DNA of 64,000 nucleotides from a virus. Numbering within the stretch: position 1 is the stretch's first letter; the number at the start of each line of letters is the position of its first letter. The notes under the pieces are model-generated. The model was given only the letters and a program-made list of their open reading frames with translations, was not told the origin of the DNA and made no database searches. Below are positions 19,272-29,153 of this stretch, piece by piece. The DNA lies in UHGV virus genome UHGV-1366828. The stretch is one strand, 5' to 3'. Made by a program: the position numbers and the translations under genes.

Positions 19272-20879
19272 TTAGGTTTCCTCTCTTTTCAGAAGAGCAT
19301 CAATTTCATTGTTTGCTCTGTCAATTCTAGCTTTTGAATTTTGATTTGCATCATCATAATACTTCTTTAGAGAATCAATTCGACTTTCGTATTGTGCTTT
19401 TAGCTTATTTATTTTAGCATCTTGTTCTGCTTGTGAATTGTCTACGAACTGTTGTGCTTCTTTTCTTCTCTGTAAAATGTCTTTCATGTTACGAACATTT
19501 TTTGTCATTTGCTGGTTATCAGCTATACGTTCCATTCGTTGATACTTCGTACTATTCCAGTACTCGTCATTATTAACTTGGTGTTCTCTTTCATAATCAG
19601 GAGCCGGGGAAAAGTAGTCACCTACAAACCGATTAGCGTTTTCTCCGCGTTCTGGGCGTTTTCTTGCGCGATCTGCATAATTGATTTTGTCAAAACGTCT
19701 GTAGATACCTCCTGTTTTTGAATCTATTCTGGGTACTACATCGTCTCTATTAAAGATATACACGTTATTATTAGGAATGTCGCGTCTTACTGAGCCAACA
19801 TTCTTTATATATGTGTCTCTTCCTAAATTGTATTTCTGTAATACTGCTTTCTCCTCGGGAGTTAGAGATGCGTTGGCTCTCTCTTGTGTCTTTCTAAAAA
19901 TCTGTTTTAGAATTTCAGAGTCATGTTTGTCTTCGTCTGACATTTCAGCTTCATTTAAAGAGTTCAGTTTTTCTTCAATAGCACGTCTAAGAGATTCTTT
20001 TCTTAGCAGCTTGTTAATTTTGCTGGTTGCATCAGCTACACCTTGCTGACCTCTTTCAGACTCTTTCTGTCTTTGCTCATCAGCATATGCCATCGCATCA
20101 TCGAATCTTCTGCGAGCATCAGCAACATTTCTTGCATAATTCAAATTGACATTATCAAGATCTTTCTGATTTTCTTTTCTAGATGCTAAGGCCGCTTTCA
20201 TATCTCTTACTGGCTGAGACATCTGTTTATTTACTGCAACACGGTCCTTTTCTACATCGGTTAAATCCGCATCTGCGCCGCCGTTTCCTGCAATTGTAGC
20301 CGGCCTGTTATGCTCCTTATCCCACTGGTCCTGACCAAATCTTCCGGTATTATCATGCGTAAATGTATTGTCCCCAAAAGTGTCAACATCCGTAACTGGT
20401 GCATAATGAGACACTTTACGATACGGACGATCTTGAGCGGGACCTTTTTCTTTACGCTTTCTGATAAAGTCCGCAATATTAGTTTCTTTGTTAACTTTAA
20501 CTCTGTCAAGATCCCCTGCTAAGGTACGAATCTGCCTGTTTAGTCCAGATCCTCTCTCATAATCAACATCATTATCTTTGATAGGAGTGATGTCCCTGGC
20601 ACCATTCCACCTCTTAGTTCTTTGTGGAAGTGTTAGATTATATTTGTCTGCAATATCTAATTCTTGAGGTGTCCACCTAATAGCTCTTCGTTTATCATAA
20701 CTAAAATCTCTAGCTTTTGAAAGTATCTGACGAAGCACTTCATTGTCTCTTCTGTCTTCATCAGACATAGTAGCTTCCTTAAGTGTATTCAAGATAGAAG
20801 TTATCTGATTAACTACGCTTTCTTGAAGAACGTTGAATTGGTTTAATTCAAATCCTTCGTTTAGAAATTTTAAACTCAT
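19272..20879 (-). CDS. hypothetical protein with internal tandem duplication
   Basis: 535 aa. Two homologous halves (MSDEDRRDNEVLRQILSKARDFSYDKRRAIRWTPQELDIADKYNL... vs MSDEDKHDSEILKQIFRKTQERANASLTPEEKAVLQKYNL...). N-terminus MSLKFLNEGFELNQF resembles the shared N-terminal motif. Confidence 0.5.
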   Translation of the reverse strand: MSLKFLNEGFELNQFNVLQESVVNQITSILNTLKEATMSDEDRRDNEVLRQILSKARDFSYDKRRAIRWTPQELDIADKYNLTLPQRTKRWNGARDITPIKDNDVDYERGSGLNRQIRTLAGDLDRVKVNKETNIADFIRKRKEKGPAQDRPYRKVSHYAPVTDVDTFGDNTFTHDNTGRFGQDQWDKEHNRPATIAGNGGADADLTDVEKDRVAVNKQMSQPVRDMKAALASRKENQKDLDNVNLNYARNVADARRRFDDAMAYADEQRQKESERGQQGVADATSKINKLLRKESLRRAIEEKLNSLNEAEMSDEDKHDSEILKQIFRKTQERANASLTPEEKAVLQKYNLGRDTYIKNVGSVRRDIPNNNVYIFNRDDVVPRIDSKTGGIYRRFDKINYADRARKRPERGENANRFVGDYFSPAPDYEREHQVNNDEYWNSTKYQRMERIADNQQMTKNVRNMKDILQRRKEAQQFVDNSQAEQDAKINKLKAQYESRIDSLKKYYDDANQNSKARIDRANNEIDALLKREET

Positions 20880-20948
20880 AAATAACTTTCTCCATTTAAT
20901 TTAATACGGTAGGGATTACTTATAGTAGTATATACAATATATCTGTTT

Positions 20949-21908
20949 TTACTCTAGTATCAATTGGTTGATGTAAGTTTTGTAATTTCCTACACCTTGT
21001 AACTGCCCTCCTACACTTATAATTTGATTTCCTGTAATGTCAGATAAATCCATGGTGTATGTAGTATCTGAGCTATTGAGTTGTACATACTTTGTGTATG
21101 TAGTATTGGTCGTAGAAGTATTACTTTGTCCTATCCCTACTAAGCCATAAGCGTTACCACTAGTGGTAGCATGACCTACAATGGTCAATGTAGAATACTC
21201 AGTCAGGTCAATTTCAGAAGAGTTAGCGCGGGCAGTGTACGTTCCGCTTCCCCTAACAACATAAAAGTATGCGTACAAATAACCATCAGAGTTCAGAGCA
21301 TACCCGTCTAAGCCGTTGTTTGTAAACGCTACACCGGCTGTACCATTGTTATAAACATAAAACTTTTCTTTCTTAGGAATCCACTCTCCGTTGACTTTAA
21401 GGTAAACCCCACTGGACTGTTGCCAAACTCCGTTTACCTTAACATACACAGCGTCTGCTAACTTCCATACACCGCCTACCTTAACATAAACTTCATTGGC
21501 AGTAACTTTTTCTGGCACAGTTAACGTAACGGAGCTTGCTGTATGCCCGCTTGAGCCGTCTTCCACCCCAGCACGTATTGTTGCCTCACTGTAAGATGCG
21601 GGAAACACTGCATACCAAGTAAATTTCAGACTGAAACCGTCACCTACGAGATATCTTTCTGAAGGAGACTCACTGTCTCCAGCCCATGCATGAAAGTAAA
21701 ACTGTTGAGTAGCATTGTAACCGGCGTAATTGGATGTGTACAACTTTACCCGAACGCACAGCTCATTATTCCGTAACCTTGCAATGGCGCATGCCGAATA
21801 AAACCTATACCCATAACTACCCTTTTTATATCTATAAACCACTGTACCACTAGTTTCTGTAGACCATGAAACTACATTACTTGGTTCAGTTGTCTTCCAT
21901 GTTGGCAT
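20949..21908 (-). CDS. hypothetical fibre-associated protein
   Basis: 319 aa, beta-rich, downstream of the tail fibre gene. Confidence 0.4.
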   Translation of the reverse strand: MPTWKTTEPSNVVSWSTETSGTVVYRYKKGSYGYRFYSACAIARLRNNELCVRVKLYTSNYAGYNATQQFYFHAWAGDSESPSERYLVGDGFSLKFTWYAVFPASYSEATIRAGVEDGSSGHTASSVTLTVPEKVTANEVYVKVGGVWKLADAVYVKVNGVWQQSSGVYLKVNGEWIPKKEKFYVYNNGTAGVAFTNNGLDGYALNSDGYLYAYFYVVRGSGTYTARANSSEIDLTEYSTLTIVGHATTSGNAYGLVGIGQSNTSTTNTTYTKYVQLNSSDTTYTMDLSDITGNQIISVGGQLQGVGNYKTYINQLILE

Positions 21909-21919
21909 AATAACACTCC

Positions 21920-23521
21920 TTATGTAGTAGGGTATTTAATATATATGTCTCCGTTATTTCCTGTCGAATTGTCAGGGACATCTGTGCCTTCTAGTATTGG
22001 ATGATATTCTTGTTGGTTTATGTATAACACACCCTCATTTACTCCAATCATCCATTTGTTCGTAACATAGGAAAATATACCGTGCCAAGAGTTATTTGAC
22101 TCGGGGCCTACATACATCGAAACAGACGTGTCAGGATTCGTACTGTGTACTCCCGGCAGATAATTAGAGTTGATATACAAAATATGTTTATGTAGTTCTC
22201 CGTCGGGAGAGATCTGCATCAGCAATATACTATCATCCTTATTATTATTATTTGCAGCTTGATAAAACTTATAGCAGCCACCAGTTTCATAGAAGTCTAT
22301 GCTATTATGGTCATGGTACCCGAAATCTATTGCATGGTTGTATCCGTCCGCACCTTCATTACGAAGTCTTCTAGCAGTAAGATACCCCGTATCGTTGTCT
22401 CCCGTACTCAGGTGAGGAGCCACGATAGATCCCGTTGCTGTACCTCCGGAAAGGGGCAGAAACATATTTCCTTCGACGATTAACAATGGCTCAGTTCCGC
22501 GCTTGCGGATTGTTATTGAATCACCCACACGCGTAAGTTCGATACTTCCGCCGGTAAGCTCGAACCACTCATTGTTCATTGCGTATACGACATTCATGTC
22601 ATTCAGCCATGAAAACGTGAATTTTCCAGCATACATATACTTAACAACGGTAAAGGAAAAGTCGGCGGGCAGAGCATTTAATTCGGTCAAGCCGCAGGTA
22701 AATAGGACGTCATTTGCAGATGTGTCGGCATAAACTATGCCCCCGTTGAAAGGTACTACATTTACAAATGTATAATTGCTATTGATCGACCAAGAAGGAG
22801 GCGTTTTTGCATCGTTTGCAAATTTCGCTCGAGTTACAATACCATCAGCAATATTATTCGTACCAACAGCCCCTGCATCAGAAGAGAGAGCACCCACATC
22901 TGCAGCGCCAAGATTTACTTCGCCCGTTTTCCCATTTACACTTGTAACAGGAGCAGACTGTAATGCAGTGTCTGCTTTTCCAAGGGACGCTTGAACTGCA
23001 TCCGATAAATCAGTTTTCGGAATTCCGCCCGCAGGTTTTGAATAAGTTCCAGTATTTTTTGTAAACCCTTTTGCAGCAACATCTTCTTCAAGAGTGGCTT
23101 TATCCTGTTTTCCACTTATGTCTTGATGTTGAGTAAGAAAGCCGGAGTCATTCTGTAACTCACTTGTCTTTGAAGGAATCGTGGGCTTATCGCTTAAATC
23201 AGTATAACTCCCACTAAAATTTGATGTTCCTGCACCTATTGCAGCTCTAGCCCCCGCAGCAGTACTTGCCCCTGTTCCGCCTGAGTCAAGGGGTAGTGGT
23301 GTTGTTTTAAAGGCTGCTCTAATAAATGTTTCAATCTTTGATTTTATTTCTGACCACAGAGTCTTCTTTGTTACTCCTGCACTTTTATCAAACTGTACAA
23401 GATAATCGTTGTCTTGTAATTCAGTTGTGATTGTGGCATACTGAATCTTACCTTCTTTATCAGACAAGTCTGTATAGACTACGGGGTCGTAATCTGAAGA
23501 TCTTTTACCTAAATATTTCAT
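21920..23521 (-). CDS. tail fibre protein
   Basis: 533 aa; repeated 'TDLSDKPTIPSKTSELQNDSGF...KTDLSDAVQASLGKADTALQS' motifs typical of phage fibre shafts; Gly/Ser/Thr-rich. Confidence 0.55.
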   Translation of the reverse strand: MKYLGKRSSDYDPVVYTDLSDKEGKIQYATITTELQDNDYLVQFDKSAGVTKKTLWSEIKSKIETFIRAAFKTTPLPLDSGGTGASTAAGARAAIGAGTSNFSGSYTDLSDKPTIPSKTSELQNDSGFLTQHQDISGKQDKATLEEDVAAKGFTKNTGTYSKPAGGIPKTDLSDAVQASLGKADTALQSAPVTSVNGKTGEVNLGAADVGALSSDAGAVGTNNIADGIVTRAKFANDAKTPPSWSINSNYTFVNVVPFNGGIVYADTSANDVLFTCGLTELNALPADFSFTVVKYMYAGKFTFSWLNDMNVVYAMNNEWFELTGGSIELTRVGDSITIRKRGTEPLLIVEGNMFLPLSGGTATGSIVAPHLSTGDNDTGYLTARRLRNEGADGYNHAIDFGYHDHNSIDFYETGGCYKFYQAANNNNKDDSILLMQISPDGELHKHILYINSNYLPGVHSTNPDTSVSMYVGPESNNSWHGIFSYVTNKWMIGVNEGVLYINQQEYHPILEGTDVPDNSTGNNGDIYIKYPTT

Positions 23522-24037
23522 TTAACTTTTCACTCCATATATAAGGCAGTACCAATAAGTTCCTATAAACGAGATATACCCTGTCGCATTAACCACTCCA
23601 TTTTCAACATTTATGTATGAATTACTGTTTGTATTCGATTCGATGATCCACACATCTCGTATGACACCACCAGCTGATGCAACAGGTGCCGCATTACTGA
23701 AATACCCGAACGATTTTTTAGAAGTAAAAAACAACTGCTGAATACTAGCAGGAATATCTTCCCGAACATTCCAGTAATTTGTACACAGGAGATATCCTGC
23801 CAGTATATTATCTGATTTAGGCAGTGTCCATGTTGTAGCTGAGGTATTGAACGTTACGGTTCCAGTAAGTATCTCCGTGAAGGGTGCTACATCTGCAACA
23901 TTCAAGGAAGAGATCTCTTGTGGCATCTGATTCAATGTCATTGTAGAAGTTTTTCCGGACTTACTACGTATTGCATCAGCAACGGACGTTAATTTACTGT
24001 CGAATGCTGTTGAATCTATTGCTTTGTCAATTGCCAT
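23522..24037 (-). CDS. hypothetical fibre-region protein
   Basis: 171 aa ORF abutting the fibre gene (stop/start adjacent). Confidence 0.4.
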   Translation of the reverse strand: MAIDKAIDSTAFDSKLTSVADAIRSKSGKTSTMTLNQMPQEISSLNVADVAPFTEILTGTVTFNTSATTWTLPKSDNILAGYLLCTNYWNVREDIPASIQQLFFTSKKSFGYFSNAAPVASAGGVIRDVWIIESNTNSNSYINVENGVVNATGYISFIGTYWYCLIYGVKS

Positions 24038-24087
24038 TAGTAGTTACCCCCCCCCGTGTATACTGGTAGCTGATTTAGCATTGCTTG

Positions 24088-24798
24088 TTATACTGCTGCG
24101 GGTGTTTGTACGGGTCCGATTATTATAACTCTGAATTCTCCTGCGGGAATATTCGTACCGGAAGGGGCTCGAAAAGCATATGTGGAGATGCTCATATCAT
24201 AATACAACCCAACAGTAACACTGTAGTCAGTGGGGGAAACTTTTACGTCACCTAGTACCTGTTCCCCCGTTGACTTATATATCGAAACCAATACATTGTT
24301 AGAGCTGAACCCGTGGTCAGACGCAGGAATTGTCCAAGTAAAATAACCATAGTCATCTCCAAAAGTTTCAGGATTCTCCGCAGAATATACCGTACAAGGA
24401 ACCAACGTACCCGTAATTGTTTCCCCCTTTGCATTATGTGCTGTTGTTCCTAGCAGTAATGTTTCTGGCGATACTGTGTCAGAGGTTAAGTCCAACACAG
24501 TAACGCCGTTTAGATCTACTTTATTCACATTGGAGGCCGGAAGTAGCATTGCATTACTTCTTAGAAATTGAAGTAAGCTACCCACAGGATAGTCATCCAT
24601 CTCGATAATTTTATACCCATCGTTTGTCCACCCTGATGAAGCGCTGTATGCAACATATTGACCGTCTGAAACATATAGTAATGTATTAGCGGTTACACTG
24701 ATTTGTTGAAATGTTTTTCCATTGCTCCTAAATGGAATATAATAACTACCTGTAGGAGATAACGTTAAAACATCTTTAAACTTCCATTTGTAAGACAA
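24088..24798 (-). CDS. hypothetical structural protein
   Basis: 236 aa ORF. Confidence 0.4.
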   Translation of the reverse strand: MSYKWKFKDVLTLSPTGSYYIPFRSNGKTFQQISVTANTLLYVSDGQYVAYSASSGWTNDGYKIIEMDDYPVGSLLQFLRSNAMLLPASNVNKVDLNGVTVLDLTSDTVSPETLLLGTTAHNAKGETITGTLVPCTVYSAENPETFGDDYGYFTWTIPASDHGFSSNNVLVSIYKSTGEQVLGDVKVSPTDYSVTVGLYYDMSISTYAFRAPSGTNIPAGEFRVIIIGPVQTPAAV

Positions 24799-24804
24799 GC
24801 GTCA

Positions 24805-25395
24805 TCACGCTCCGATCTTCAGTGTCTGACCTCCAGCTTCGTTGTCAGTGTAAGTAACAGGAATTGCATTGACTGTGACAGATGACAGGTAGTTGTAATC
24901 AGGACTGTCAGGTGTAACCTCTTGAGCTTCAAATGTTGGGGTTACAGTTTTTGCTTGAGGCTTTGCATCTTCTGTTCCTGACATTGTACCCGTTACACCA
25001 AGGATTGCAATACCGTCACGAATATTTTCAGGAATGATCTTTGCAGCTTCTGTCGGGTCAATCTGAGCCTTACCGGAGCCATCGTGGAAGCCCATCGGAA
25101 TTGTTACAGGCGTTGCCTTCTTTGTTATGTTAAGTGTCTTAGCGCCGTTGTTCGGCATCGTACCGGTAATTTTTGCACCGGCCTTGTAAGCTGTTTTACC
25201 TAAAAGAATCTCTGCTGCAGTAGCAGTAGCGTCTTTCGTATCAGCGTCAAACGTACTAGTACCTACAATAGGTGCGCCTGACTTGTCGTGAGCCTTTATA
25301 CCTTTTGCAAGTTTTTCAGGTGTAATATCGTCTTGCGTAAGGTCAAATTTTACTTCTTCGCCAACAATAAGTTTATTGATATATGTATTTGGCAT
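24805..25395 (-). CDS. hypothetical structural protein (Ig-like/fibre-like)
   Basis: 196 aa; Gly/Thr/Ala-rich beta pattern. Confidence 0.4.
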   Translation of the reverse strand: MPNTYINKLIVGEEVKFDLTQDDITPEKLAKGIKAHDKSGAPIVGTSTFDADTKDATATAAEILLGKTAYKAGAKITGTMPNNGAKTLNITKKATPVTIPMGFHDGSGKAQIDPTEAAKIIPENIRDGIAILGVTGTMSGTEDAKPQAKTVTPTFEAQEVTPDSPDYNYLSSVTVNAIPVTYTDNEAGGQTLKIGA

Positions 25396-25396
25396 A

Positions 25397-25672
25397 TTAG
25401 TCTACTCCTAATATAAGTGTTTTTCCCCCAGCGTCATTTCCGACTTCATACTGGGGAATCTTTAATACAGTTATGTCATCTTTAGGAACTGTTCCCTTTG
25501 TTGGTAATTCGATATCTTGATATAACTTAGGTGTTACTTCATATGGACCTTTGTAAGGTAACCCTGTACCGGTTACTAATGCAGCTTGAAACTCAAAATC
25601 TAATGGGTTTATTGGTGTTGCTTCAAACGATATCTTCGGCGTATTTATCTCAAAAGAGACAACAGGTCTCAT
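25397..25672 (-). CDS. hypothetical protein
   Basis: 91 aa, overlaps upstream gene by 4 nt. Confidence 0.35.
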   Translation of the reverse strand: MRPVVSFEINTPKISFEATPINPLDFEFQAALVTGTGLPYKGPYEVTPKLYQDIELPTKGTVPKDDITVLKIPQYEVGNDAGGKTLILGVD

Positions 25673-25977
25673 ATAATCTCCTTAGATAACGATACGTCAA
25701 CATCTATTTTTTGAGTAGGAGTTTTAAACACATCGCCATTCTCAAACTTTATTCGAGCCTGAGCCTCTACAATTCTAGGAAGCGAAAACGTCTCTTCCTG
25801 TGTTACAGGGAAGAAAAACGTACCGTCCGAAAACGAAACTTCATCCGGATACATCCGTGTTGTATCGTGCAATGTAAATTCAATCTTTTCAACATTTGAA
25901 ACATCTAGTGGTTCATCGTTGAATTTAATTGTCATTGCTATGTTATATTGGTCTCCCTGAGAAATTCTACCGGACAT
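25669..25977 (-). CDS. hypothetical protein
   Basis: 102 aa ORF. Confidence 0.35.
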   Translation of the reverse strand: MSGRISQGDQYNIAMTIKFNDEPLDVSNVEKIEFTLHDTTRMYPDEVSFSDGTFFFPVTQEETFSLPRIVEAQARIKFENGDVFKTPTQKIDVDVSLSKEII

Positions 25978-26024
25978 CGCATCACCTCCTTAATGTTATA
26001 TTACTTCATCGTAAAGCAACACAG

Positions 26025-26555
26025 TTATTTGTTCTTGTCCCACTTCTTGTCATACCAGGAAGGAGCATCGTATTCAACTAGCCCTGATTTCAATAACGCG
26101 ATTTCTGTGACTGTCTTTCCGCCGACACTAAATTGAACAAGAATGCCATCATAGCCCTGTTCTCTAGCTATCTTGTGATAAAATACTTGTAAATCATCCA
26201 GACCCGTGGACATTCTATAGAAAGAATCTTTATACTTAATATATACAAAATTTCCTTCTTTAGTACGTTCACGAGCAATTATTCGTGTTCCAAGAATATC
26301 GTTCAAGTCATTTCCTAAATACACACTGGTTACATCAGGCTGTTTTCCAAGGTCTATGAGATTGACTTTATCTAAATCTATTACAGAGGTTAACAGGGCT
26401 CCTTCGTCATCTGTACCGTCTTGCCAATATGATGTAGCCTCGTCTTTGGAAACAGTCCACCACTCAGCTCTTCCGTCCCCTTCTACATTCGGCTGTAGAC
26501 CTTTAATAACCCCTCTATAGACTGGAATTTTTTCTTCACGTAGTAAAAATCTCAT
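26025..26555 (-). CDS. hypothetical protein
   Basis: 176 aa; overlaps the SWIM protein gene by 4 nt. Confidence 0.4.
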   Translation of the reverse strand: MRFLLREEKIPVYRGVIKGLQPNVEGDGRAEWWTVSKDEATSYWQDGTDDEGALLTSVIDLDKVNLIDLGKQPDVTSVYLGNDLNDILGTRIIARERTKEGNFVYIKYKDSFYRMSTGLDDLQVFYHKIAREQGYDGILVQFSVGGKTVTEIALLKSGLVEYDAPSWYDKKWDKNK

Positions 26556-27415
26556 TCGGCGTTCTCCGAATCTGAAATTAGATTATCAAAATCAATCTGT
26601 CGTTTCATTGGCCTGTTCTGCTTTTGGAATCTGTACTCGTTACCCTTCTGGAACTGTGTCTTAGTTCTTGCCCACTTGTTGGCAACATTAAGTAGATCTT
26701 TATCTGCACTAACTGAGATGTCGGGTTGTCCTTCTTCTGGTTTCTCCTCAGGCGGCTGTAGTTGTAGCTGAACATCGCCCGTATACTCACGTTGATATAT
26801 CGCAGGATATATTACATCTGCATACATGTTAGGGTAATGTTGTTCCATGTATCTGATGTAATTAAAGATTACAGAAGCTACTTTAGTTAGCCAACTATTA
26901 TTTGACAACACTAACAGTATATGTTTGCAACCCCTGCCCTTGGTGTCATTTGGGTTTGTAATATTAGAAGGCCTAGTTTCCTTGTCTCCTACAATAATGT
27001 CATGCACGCTTAGATAATAGCCAAATCTATACTGAAAATCGGGACAACTACATCTAACGTAAACATTCTCCCCGTTAAAGGAGCTTACAAGAGCTCTGAT
27101 AACACACCGTAGGTTTAATACGTCATTGTTTGCTGCTAGTTGTTTGTGTATTTGGTCAAGTACTTCTCCAAAACTGATTCGAACAATATAATCGTTAGTT
27201 TCTCCTCTTACTTTTACGTCTACGTCAAGAATGTTATTCTGGAAGAACTTATTCATATCAATGGAATTCATTTCTCTTACAGAATTAGCAACTCTGCTAT
27301 GTAGACGTCTTTCATAACGATTCTTTCCACGAAACTGATTTTCAGGAGCATAATTATCTGCGTGTTTTGAGTTTGAAATCAGCTCTTGTCTCTTATCTTC
27401 TAAAAGTTTGTTCAC
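26552..27415 (-). CDS. SWIM zinc-finger domain protein
   Basis: 287 aa; 'RCSCPDFQYRFGYYLSVHDI...GRGCKHILLVL' fits the SWIM CxCx(n)CxH signature (C-x-C-P-x-F ... C-K-H-I). Confidence 0.55.
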   Translation of the reverse strand: MNKLLEDKRQELISNSKHADNYAPENQFRGKNRYERRLHSRVANSVREMNSIDMNKFFQNNILDVDVKVRGETNDYIVRISFGEVLDQIHKQLAANNDVLNLRCVIRALVSSFNGENVYVRCSCPDFQYRFGYYLSVHDIIVGDKETRPSNITNPNDTKGRGCKHILLVLSNNSWLTKVASVIFNYIRYMEQHYPNMYADVIYPAIYQREYTGDVQLQLQPPEEKPEEGQPDISVSADKDLLNVANKWARTKTQFQKGNEYRFQKQNRPMKRQIDFDNLISDSENAE

Positions 27416-27440
27416 AGAATAATTATACCTCCTTCTTTAA

Positions 27441-28070
27441 TTATTTTGTAGCTACGATTAGTTTTCCTTTTACTTCAACATTATCTTGACCAAACACTTC
27501 GCCAATCTCTTCAGCGTAGTCCTCAAGCTTCATAAATGTTTGATACTTATCTCCGCCAGTAGGTCTACCTTGACCTGTACCAGCACCCGCACCACAACCA
27601 ACATATACATCAAAATAAGCAGTTCCACCAGGCTTCAAAATTGAGTAAATATTTGCTATGATTTCATTTACTCTAATGTCTTTTTCTTTTACAACATTCA
27701 GAACATTAGCGCAAGTTGCTGTGTCAGTGTGTCCGCCGACTTCGTCGAGTTTGTCAAGAGAAGCACTCTGCTCTTCTGCACTTTGATTATACTTATCAAA
27801 CCCAATATAGTCTACGCCCTTTTCAGCTAAGAAATTAGCAATCTGAGCCTGAGTTGTTGCTTCCCCACAACCGTAGTCAAAATTAACAGTCCCGGGCTTC
27901 CAGTTACGAACGTTCTTGAATAGAGCAGGGACTCTACCCATTCCTTTATTTGCTACGCCGTTACCATGAGCAGTTGACTTGGAAGTGAACTCCTGTTCCT
28001 TGTCATAGGAAAATCTTCCTTCTTCCAAGGCCTTTAGCTTGTCGAAAGCTTCACTAATAATATAGTTCAT
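27441..28070 (-). CDS. class I SAM-dependent methyltransferase (substrate unknown; no DPPY/NPPY)
   Basis: 209 aa; motif I 'NFDYGCGEA', acidic post-I 'YIGFDKY', 'CANVLNVV', 'LKPGGTAYFDV'. N-terminus MNYIISEAFDKLKALEEGRFS shares the N-terminal motif. Confidence 0.65.
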   Translation of the reverse strand: MNYIISEAFDKLKALEEGRFSYDKEQEFTSKSTAHGNGVANKGMGRVPALFKNVRNWKPGTVNFDYGCGEATTQAQIANFLAEKGVDYIGFDKYNQSAEEQSASLDKLDEVGGHTDTATCANVLNVVKEKDIRVNEIIANIYSILKPGGTAYFDVYVGCGAGAGTGQGRPTGGDKYQTFMKLEDYAEEIGEVFGQDNVEVKGKLIVATK

Positions 28071-28092
28071 TTATGACCTCACACGTTAACAA

Positions 28093-28410
28093 TCAAGAAT
28101 TATAGAATAGTCTACGTAGCTGTGCCTTAACAAGGGCAGTAACAAGCTGGTCAGCAACTGAAAATTGATCCTTGTAATCTGCTGTGTCATAATCCTCTTT
28201 GGCCCACTTTGCGTCATATTCACGCACCAAGGTCTGAATGTCTTCAGGGTCAACATAAAGGCCGGGGCTGTCAAGAAATTCCGAAACCTGGTCCTCATAA
28301 AAGTCTTCAAGAATGCCGTAAACCTTATTACGAGCCTGTCGATAATCCTTTTCAAGCTCCTCAGCTTCATTCAGTTTACGAAAAGATTCATTTACTAATG
28401 CTTTATTCAT
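28093..28410 (-). CDS. small acidic protein sharing the N-terminal motif
   Basis: 105 aa; MNKALVNESFRKLNEAEELEKDY...; the overlapping alternative frame 28086..28370 is rejected. Confidence 0.45.
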   Translation of the reverse strand: MNKALVNESFRKLNEAEELEKDYRQARNKVYGILEDFYEDQVSEFLDSPGLYVDPEDIQTLVREYDAKWAKEDYDTADYKDQFSVADQLVTALVKAQLRRLFYNS

Positions 28411-28415
28411 ATTAT

Positions 28416-29153
28416 TTACTCCTCAAATAGATTTATAAACTTCCCTGTGTATATGTAATGTTCAAGGGACAATTTTCTTGACAAACAATTCGTTAACGCT
28501 TCCTTCAATAAAGAAAGCTCTCCTCGGTCACGTAACGTTTTAAAGATTTCATTCCCTCTACCGTATTCTCCTTCAATAGAAATTGAATTCTTTCGCATTA
28601 AGTAGAGGGCATCTAAAACATCAGTAATCTGCTCGTAGTCCTTTGACGTAATTGCCGCGTGAATTCTTTCAGTCCAAGCATCTAATTCTTGTGTTAGATC
28701 TCGCTTCTCAATCGTAATTGGTTTGGGTTCTTTCACCCACTTATTTCTACGAATAGAATAAATACCGTTAGATTGAACGGACGAATGTAAATCTTCAACA
28801 TAGAGTTCAACAGGAATTTCTTTTATCTTTATGTCAAATTCTTTATTGAAAGCTGTCTTCTTTAGATTAAAGACTAACGTCTGTATATCTTCAGGAACAC
28901 CTTCTGTTAGTTCAGTGTTAACAATTAAGTGAACATCGATGTCGGAATGCTGTGTATAGTTGTAAGATGCATTACTTCCTACCAAAACTACATCTACAAT
29001 ATGCATCGGTATTTCAACATACTCTTCAAAATTGTCTGCAATTTCAAGTAGCTTTTGTCTAACTTCAGGTATCAATGTGTTATCTTTCCATAACTTTGGG
29101 TTTAAAGTTTCATGCAACTGAAAATCTTCAAGTACGTTCTTCATATGTCTCAT
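28416..29153 (-). CDS. Pol-beta superfamily nucleotidyltransferase (KNTase/ANT(4')-like fold)
   Basis: 245 aa; 'VVLVGSNASYNYTQHSDIDVHLIV' matches the hG[GS]x9-13Dh[DE]h motif. Size and N-terminal helix resemble kanamycin nucleotidyltransferase. Start overlaps the upstream small ORF by ATGA. Confidence 0.6.
   Translation of the reverse strand: MRHMKNVLEDFQLHETLNPKLWKDNTLIPEVRQKLLEIADNFEEYVEIPMHIVDVVLVGSNASYNYTQHSDIDVHLIVNTELTEGVPEDIQTLVFNLKKTAFNKEFDIKIKEIPVELYVEDLHSSVQSNGIYSIRRNKWVKEPKPITIEKRDLTQELDAWTERIHAAITSKDYEQITDVLDALYLMRKNSISIEGEYGRGNEIFKTLRDRGELSLLKEALTNCLSRKLSLEHYIYTGKFINLFEE

Noticed and set aside
24252-24434. Short nested minus-strand ORFs (24252..24434, 26605..26790, 61777..62049, 62098..62283, 59429..59638, 33540..33749)
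   Set aside because: Each is embedded in another frame of a longer, better-supported same-strand gene.
26025-26555. Possible ADP-ribosyltransferase (YRG ... STG pattern) in the 176 aa protein
   Set aside because: Only a loose R / S-T-x resemblance and no convincing catalytic ExE/QxE. Left as hypothetical.
28086-28370. 94 aa minus-strand ORF overlapping 28093..28410 in another frame
   Set aside because: Same locus. The 105 aa frame has the conserved N-terminal motif and a protein-like acidic composition; the alternative frame is basic and low-complexity.
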